Source: a virus
Lineage: Duplodnaviria > Caudoviricetes
Strand: one strand, 5' to 3'
Length of the DNA: 38,540 bases
IMG/VR virus record: IMGVR_UViG_3300038478_000051
Location: 1-38,540 of that record
Each line of letters opens with the position of its first letter. Within the stretch, counting starts at the first letter, position 1. A model generated the notes under the pieces. That model saw only the letters and a program-made list of their open reading frames with translations, made no database searches and had not been told where the DNA came from. Position numbers and translations under genes: made by a program. Positions 34,116 through 38,540 of the stretch are shown here, piece after piece.

Positions 34116-35484
34116 TCCAACAGAAATTTATACAGAAATACAAAATAAACAAATTGAAAAGGATAAAATCCAATTAACAGAATATGGATTGGCAGAATCC
34201 TTTGCAAAATATTTTGGGGAAAATGTCCGCTTTGACCATAAAAGAAACCGATTCCTTATCTGGAGTGGAAGCTTTTGGGAAGAAGATACCGATGGAGGGA
34301 TTGAACGAAAAATGAAACATTTGTCTGATATCCTCATGGAAAAAGGGAAGACAGAAAAAAATAAAGACCTCATGAGCTGGGCCGTGAGAATGCAGACAAA
34401 CGCAAAATTCAATAATATTAAAAACCTCATAAAAACAATCAAGCCTATTGCCATTACCGGTGAAGAGTTTGACACAAAACCAATGCTCCTAGGAGTCAAG
34501 AATGGCGTTGTAGATCTCTCCACGGGACTTTTACGTGATGGACAGAGAAATGATTATGTCTCCATGTTCTCCCCTGTAGAATTCGATCCTGTAGCGATTT
34601 CTGGTATATGGGAGCAGTTCATCGAAACAACTTTTGAGGGGGATATGGAATTAATCCACTATATCCAAATGGCATTAGGCTATAGCTTAACCGGGGATAT
34701 GGGTGAACAAGTCATTTTCATTTGCTATGGGCAAGGAGAAAATGGGAAGTCCATCTTTTTCTCTGTCATCAACAAAATCCTTGGAGACTATGCAAAAACC
34801 GCGAGTAGTAATCTTTTTAAGAAAAATCTTTTTAACACCCAAACAAATGATGTTGCTGAAATTGAACGGGCAAGATTCCTTACAAACGCAGAAAGTATAA
34901 AGGGGGCACACCTGGACGAAGAAAGAATTAAAAGCATTAGTGGAGGTGACCGGGTAACTGCCCGAAAGCTTCACCAGAACAATTTCTCCTTTTATCCCCA
35001 ATGCAAAATCTGGCTCTATACCAATAACTACCCAAAGATTGATGATGAAAGCTACGGCATGAAAAGAAGGCTGAGGGTTATTGAGTTTGCCCATAAGATA
35101 ACTGCCGAGGAACGAATTGACAATTATGATCTGGTAATGATGAACGAAGCTCCCGGAATTCTGAATTGGCTTGTTAAGGGCTGCCTTGACTGGCAAAAGG
35201 AAGGATTGAAGAAAATTCCTGCAAGCATAGATAAATCCACTGAAGATTACTATGCAGAGAATAATCCACTGAATGATTACCTGGAAGATAGGACTGAAAA
35301 GGATGAAGAGGGAGAGGTGTCCACATCTCTCCTTTATACCGACTATAAACTTTGGATGGCAGAAAGAAGAAAGACACCTGAGACCCAAACAAGATTTGGG
35401 CGATTAATGAACCAACTACCCTATAGTAGAATTAAAAAATCTGACGCAAATTATTACGTTAGCCTCAAGATAAAAAATCCCTAA
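34108..35484 (+). CDS. P4-family/D5-like SF3 helicase (D5_N + ATPase + winged helix), without a primase domain
   Basis: KNGVVDL.TG, LGYSLTG, Walker A GQGENGKS, IKSISGGD.VTAR, TNNYP and RRL.VI.F motifs. Confidence 0.9.
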   Translation: MDDPTEIYTEIQNKQIEKDKIQLTEYGLAESFAKYFGENVRFDHKRNRFLIWSGSFWEEDTDGGIERKMKHLSDILMEKGKTEKNKDLMSWAVRMQTNAKFNNIKNLIKTIKPIAITGEEFDTKPMLLGVKNGVVDLSTGLLRDGQRNDYVSMFSPVEFDPVAISGIWEQFIETTFEGDMELIHYIQMALGYSLTGDMGEQVIFICYGQGENGKSIFFSVINKILGDYAKTASSNLFKKNLFNTQTNDVAEIERARFLTNAESIKGAHLDEERIKSISGGDRVTARKLHQNNFSFYPQCKIWLYTNNYPKIDDESYGMKRRLRVIEFAHKITAEERIDNYDLVMMNEAPGILNWLVKGCLDWQKEGLKKIPASIDKSTEDYYAENNPLNDYLEDRTEKDEEGEVSTSLLYTDYKLWMAERRKTPETQTRFGRLMNQLPYSRIKKSDANYYVSLKIKNP

Positions 35485-35488
35485 TAAA

Positions 35489-35750
35489 ATGGATGGTTTT
35501 TATGGATGGTTATGGATAGTTTATGGATAGTTTTGTTATGCCTAGCTTGACCATGAGTGGATGGTTTGGGGGGTATATATATTTCTGTAAAACACGGTAT
35601 ATTTCCTATGTATACCCTATAATATATATATATATATAAATATATAAATAATAATATAAAAAACTATCCATACTATCCATTAGCTTGATTTAACAACCTA
35701 AAAACCATCCACGAACCATCCACGAACCATCCACGAACCATCCACGAACC
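35489..35750. repeat. Putative replication origin: inverted iteron arrays around an AT-rich core
   Basis: Five TGGAT(G/A)GTT on the left; (A)ACTATCCA x2 and AACCATCCACG x4 in inverted orientation on the right; (TA)n core at about 35575-35660; immediately downstream of the helicase gene. Confidence 0.75.
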
Positions 35751-36128
35751 CCTTAAAGGATTTTTTCTGAAAAAGTTGGCGGGAAAATTTTTGGGCTTTT
35801 TGGTTTAATGGCTGTTTTTTAAAGGACATCGTGTGGCTATTCACGGATTCATTCCACGGATAAAACAAAAATACACAGAGACATGAAGTTAATTTTAAAG
35901 CCCCAAGCCGGTCAAGCCACAGTCCAGGAACCTTTACTATAGGACACAATGGGGTTAATTAGAAGCTCATAATGTTTTACTAAACAATTTCGAGGCTAAA
36001 TTATATATACATAATTATGCTTAGGAATCAGATTACGTCCTATAGTAATACTATAGTGATGGTTTTTCCCGAATTCCCGAACAAAATGATATATTTAGCC
36101 TCAATAATTCCCGATCGGGAATTATATA

Positions 36129-36157
36129 TTGATTAGTTAAACTGTTTAATATATAAT
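36129..36157 (+). promoter_or_regulatory. Sigma70-type promoter for the HNH gene
   Basis: TTGATT-N17-TATAAT, with the ATG 6 nt downstream. Confidence 0.75.
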
Positions 36158-36163
36158 AATAGT

Positions 36164-36523
36164 ATGAAGATTATATGGTTAAAAAGTGGAGATCCTGTAT
36201 TTGTAGATGATGAGGACTATCCTATTTTAATGCAATACGAATGGTCGCTAACGCAAAATATATGGAGCTGTAATAAATATGCTTCTAGGGGGCGTAAGCC
36301 CTCCGGGATGCATCGCTTTATAATGAATACACCTAAAGGATTATATACAGACCACATTAATCATAATGGTCTAGACAATCGCCGGGTTAATCTTAGAATT
36401 GTTACAGCTTCACAGAATCAATTAAACTTAAAGAAAAATTGTCTTGATTGTAAAAATAAAACACATGATTATAATTATTTTAAGATTGATATATCCTCAA
36501 TCCCCAATATTGCCATAGTTTGA
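36164..36523 (+). CDS. HNH endonuclease (HNH_3-type, no recognisable AP2 domain)
   Basis: VDDEDY, MHRFIM, DHINHNGLDNRRVNLR...SQN motifs. Confidence 0.85.
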   Translation: MKIIWLKSGDPVFVDDEDYPILMQYEWSLTQNIWSCNKYASRGRKPSGMHRFIMNTPKGLYTDHINHNGLDNRRVNLRIVTASQNQLNLKKNCLDCKNKTHDYNYFKIDISSIPNIAIV

Positions 36524-36789
36524 TCCACTTTTGCCCTATTGAACTAAGCCATAATCGTGATAGTATATATACATAAGCAGACAACAAATACCCTCATATT
36601 CGATTTATACGTATATAAGGCAAAGGTCAGAAGCTTTAAGAGAGTACATTAATAATAGAATAGCCGGTACTAAGCATACACGCTAAAGGATAAAGCCTAA
36701 GCCACCACCGGCGATTCTATAAAGGAATAATAATATGACCATCATAACAATAATAAAATCATTCTATATAGTTCTATTTAGTAAATAAT

Positions 36790-36981
36790 ATGAATACACA
36801 AAAAATGATTAGATATATAATAGGCGCATATACAGCACGGGAGCCATTATCAATAGATCAACTATACACAAGGTGTACCGGTACTAAGAATGCATCAATA
36901 TTCTTTAAAGCATTTGCTGAGTTATTAGCAGCTGGACGCCTTGAAAAAATACAAAACGAATGTTATAGATTAAAACAATAG
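36790..36981 (+). CDS. Small hypothetical, possible winged-helix protein
   Basis: LS..QL...F..L...G.L...YRL pattern. Confidence 0.5.
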   Translation: MNTQKMIRYIIGAYTAREPLSIDQLYTRCTGTKNASIFFKAFAELLAAGRLEKIQNECYRLKQ

Positions 36982-36982
36982 T

Positions 36983-37150
36983 ATGAAACTAAAATACAAT
37001 ACAGTAATAAATAAACTAAATCGTAAGCTTGCAGCTATCACAATCAACCGGAAGCATTTAAAAGCTTTTCGTAAGGATTATATCAAGCTAGATTATGTTA
37101 CCAGGGTATCACATAGACAATTTAATATATTGTGGGAGGGGGTGAAATAA
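36983..37150 (+). CDS. Small basic hypothetical protein (55 aa)
   Basis: Read manually; packed between neighbours. Confidence 0.45.
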   Translation: MKLKYNTVINKLNRKLAAITINRKHLKAFRKDYIKLDYVTRVSHRQFNILWEGVK

Positions 37151-37152
37151 CT

Positions 37153-37482
37153 ATGTACACAAAAAAACAAAAAGATCAATACAACCATGACCGTGATATT
37201 GTTTGTGATCGTTTAGGGATAACCATAAAGCAATACAATATGTTTAGAAGATATGGGCAACAATTAAAACAGATCTATGAAGATTCATGTAATGGAATAA
37301 TTGAGGAAACAGAATATATCTATCAAGTAGATATGATTACTCGATTTACAGATAAACATGCAAAGGAACTAGGATTAAAAATATTTTATCAAACAGATCC
37401 AAGAGGCGCAACAATATATTTATCCCATGATAAGATAGAGGACAATAATTATAATAGAGTGGGCAGCGAGTGCGTGTATTAG
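37153..37482 (+). CDS. Conserved phage early hypothetical protein (CNG...YQTDPRGA motif)
   Basis: SD GGAGGGGGTGA before ATG 37153. Confidence 0.7.
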   Translation: MYTKKQKDQYNHDRDIVCDRLGITIKQYNMFRRYGQQLKQIYEDSCNGIIEETEYIYQVDMITRFTDKHAKELGLKIFYQTDPRGATIYLSHDKIEDNNYNRVGSECVY

Positions 37483-37578
37483 CTTTTTACTCTGCTTGTT
37501 TGTTGTCAAAAAGCGCAACCGGCAAGCAGGCAGAGATAAGCAGCTAAACAGATAAATGGAGGGACTTAAAACTAGAAT

Positions 37579-37815
37579 ATGAAACCTAACAAACAAGGAT
37601 TATTAGACGAAATGGATATAGAACCAAACGAAACAATGAATATTAAAATTAGAAGTTTATTTTACGGATGGCGTTTTATTAGCAAAGAAGACGCATTAAG
37701 TTACGCAAAATATAAAATCGGAGCTATTGCCACTTGTGAGAATGACGAGGAGCGACTTGTGTTAATTAATAAGAGATTCCAAGGAATAAGTTTCAAACTT
37801 GATGAATTAAAATGA
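37579..37815 (+). CDS. Hypothetical protein
   Basis: SD GGAGG upstream. Confidence 0.6.
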   Translation: MKPNKQGLLDEMDIEPNETMNIKIRSLFYGWRFISKEDALSYAKYKIGAIATCENDEERLVLINKRFQGISFKLDELK

Positions 37816-37991
37816 AGAGTTACCGATTCGTTGGAGATGTATCGAAGCAATTAAATCAATTATGTCGTGAAGAGATGAAAGAGAAACTGCTAGCCGATAT
37901 TTTAGTAGATATGCAAGTTTGTAAATTAGAGGGTTGGGATATTAAGGAATATGCATCTGAATTAAAAGAACTAATAGAAAATATAAAATAA
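37812..37991 (+). CDS. Hypothetical protein (59 aa; KLLADILVDMQVCKLEGWD)
   Basis: Read manually; ATGA overlap with the upstream gene. Confidence 0.6.
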   Translation: MKSYRFVGDVSKQLNQLCREEMKEKLLADILVDMQVCKLEGWDIKEYASELKELIENIK

Positions 37992-37992
37992 C

Positions 37993-38253
37993 ATGAAAGA
38001 AAGAATTAAAAAAATAAACGATGCGATTGACTCTCTAGTTACGGTATGGCAAGGATTTGGTGATCTAACTGATGAACAAGAGAATAAAATATTGGACGCA
38101 GAGAATATGTTAAGAGATCTTTTGAAGAATCAAAAACAAGAAGTTTGTAAATGCGGGCATAATGAATCTCAACACAATATGGGTGGAAAGTATGCTTGTT
38201 TGATTGATTATAATGATGATGGTTGCCTTGAATTTATGGCTAAACAGTCCTAA
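37993..38253 (+). CDS. Hypothetical protein with C-terminal CxCGH...H...C...C zinc motif
   Basis: Motif visible in the translation. Confidence 0.6.
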   Translation: MKERIKKINDAIDSLVTVWQGFGDLTDEQENKILDAENMLRDLLKNQKQEVCKCGHNESQHNMGGKYACLIDYNDDGCLEFMAKQS

Positions 38254-38268
38254 GAACAATAGATTATT

Positions 38269-38532
38269 ATGACTAGAAACTTTGAAGATTATTTAAAAGA
38301 AATACACGCAGAGGGCTATACAGGCACAAAGGATAATATGCCGGATAATTTTGAATATTGGCTATCTCGATTAGACGGTTCAGAGCTATTTGATTTCGCT
38401 ACTGAATGTGTTGAGAGGACAAGGAGAGAAACGGTAAAAGAAGTAAATATAATTTGTAAGTCTTATTATGAAATGCATCAATTAACTCCTACCGAATTTG
38501 CTAAAAAATTGAGGGATTTGGAAAGACTATGA
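38269..38532 (+). CDS. Hypothetical phage protein
   Basis: FEDYL.E.HA..Y.GT.D.MPD.FE.WL motif. Confidence 0.6.
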   Translation: MTRNFEDYLKEIHAEGYTGTKDNMPDNFEYWLSRLDGSELFDFATECVERTRRETVKEVNIICKSYYEMHQLTPTEFAKKLRDLERL

Positions 38533-38540
38533 CAGTTGAT

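Larger units (their letters stand above)
1..38540. mobile_element. Tailed bacteriophage genome (podovirus-like), near-complete
   Basis: Terminase, portal, scaffold, capsid, tail and lysis genes are co-oriented on the minus strand, and replication/early genes lie on the plus strand at both ends. No host housekeeping genes and no tape-measure or sheath gene are recognisable. Confidence 0.95.

Noticed and set aside
34128-35392. Long antisense ORFs (131 and 233 aa) opposite the D5 helicase, and similar shadow ORFs elsewhere
   Set aside because: They are mirror frames of well-supported genes, with no motifs or initiation signals.
35489-35750. CRISPR array
   Set aside because: Repeats are only 9-11 bp, directly tandem or inverted, with no unique spacers and no cas genes.
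35698-35949. 83-aa minus-strand ORF
   Set aside because: It runs through the iteron repeats in an otherwise non-coding origin region and has no recognisable features.
1-38540. Stop-codon reassignment
   Set aside because: Long conserved genes are intact in code 11, and TAA, TAG and TGA all occur as gene ends.
38529-38540. Exact circular closure of window end to start
   Set aside because: There is no terminal repeat beyond 3 nt (GAT), and direct joining does not put the final ATG in frame with the repeat ORF, so completeness cannot be asserted.

Overview
The window (AT-rich, standard code 11) looks like most or all of a tailed dsDNA phage genome with podovirus-like (P22-type) morphogenesis. 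A long minus-strand late module (about 1.5-32.5 kb) runs: terminase small and large subunits, portal, scaffold, major capsid protein, adaptor and nozzle proteins, Q/N/P-rich putative ejection proteins (two with peptidoglycan-hydrolase domains), an ATP-grasp ligase, several glycan-binding or glycan-degrading fibre-type proteins (LamG, beta-helix, GH5+CBM) and a GH25 lysis cassette. A plus-strand early/replication module occupies both ends: SF2 helicase, P4/D5-type SF3 helicase, an iteron-flanked AT-rich origin, HNH nucleases, RusA, a KGG protein and small ORFs. No integrase, DNA polymerase, primase domain, tRNA or CRISPR is visible. Highlights: (1) the capsid gene is split by a 928-nt group I intron carrying an HNH gene, with a covaried non-consensus P7 and an apparent A-U rather than U·G pair at the 5' splice site; (2) two unrelated genes share a leader architecture in which a 5' hairpin loop is complementary to a downstream terminator-like hairpin; (3) a tail gene appears to start at ATT; (4) many genes appear to be leaderless; (5) a PurD-like ATP-grasp gene sits among virion genes. 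All family calls come from motif recognition by eye, not database searches.
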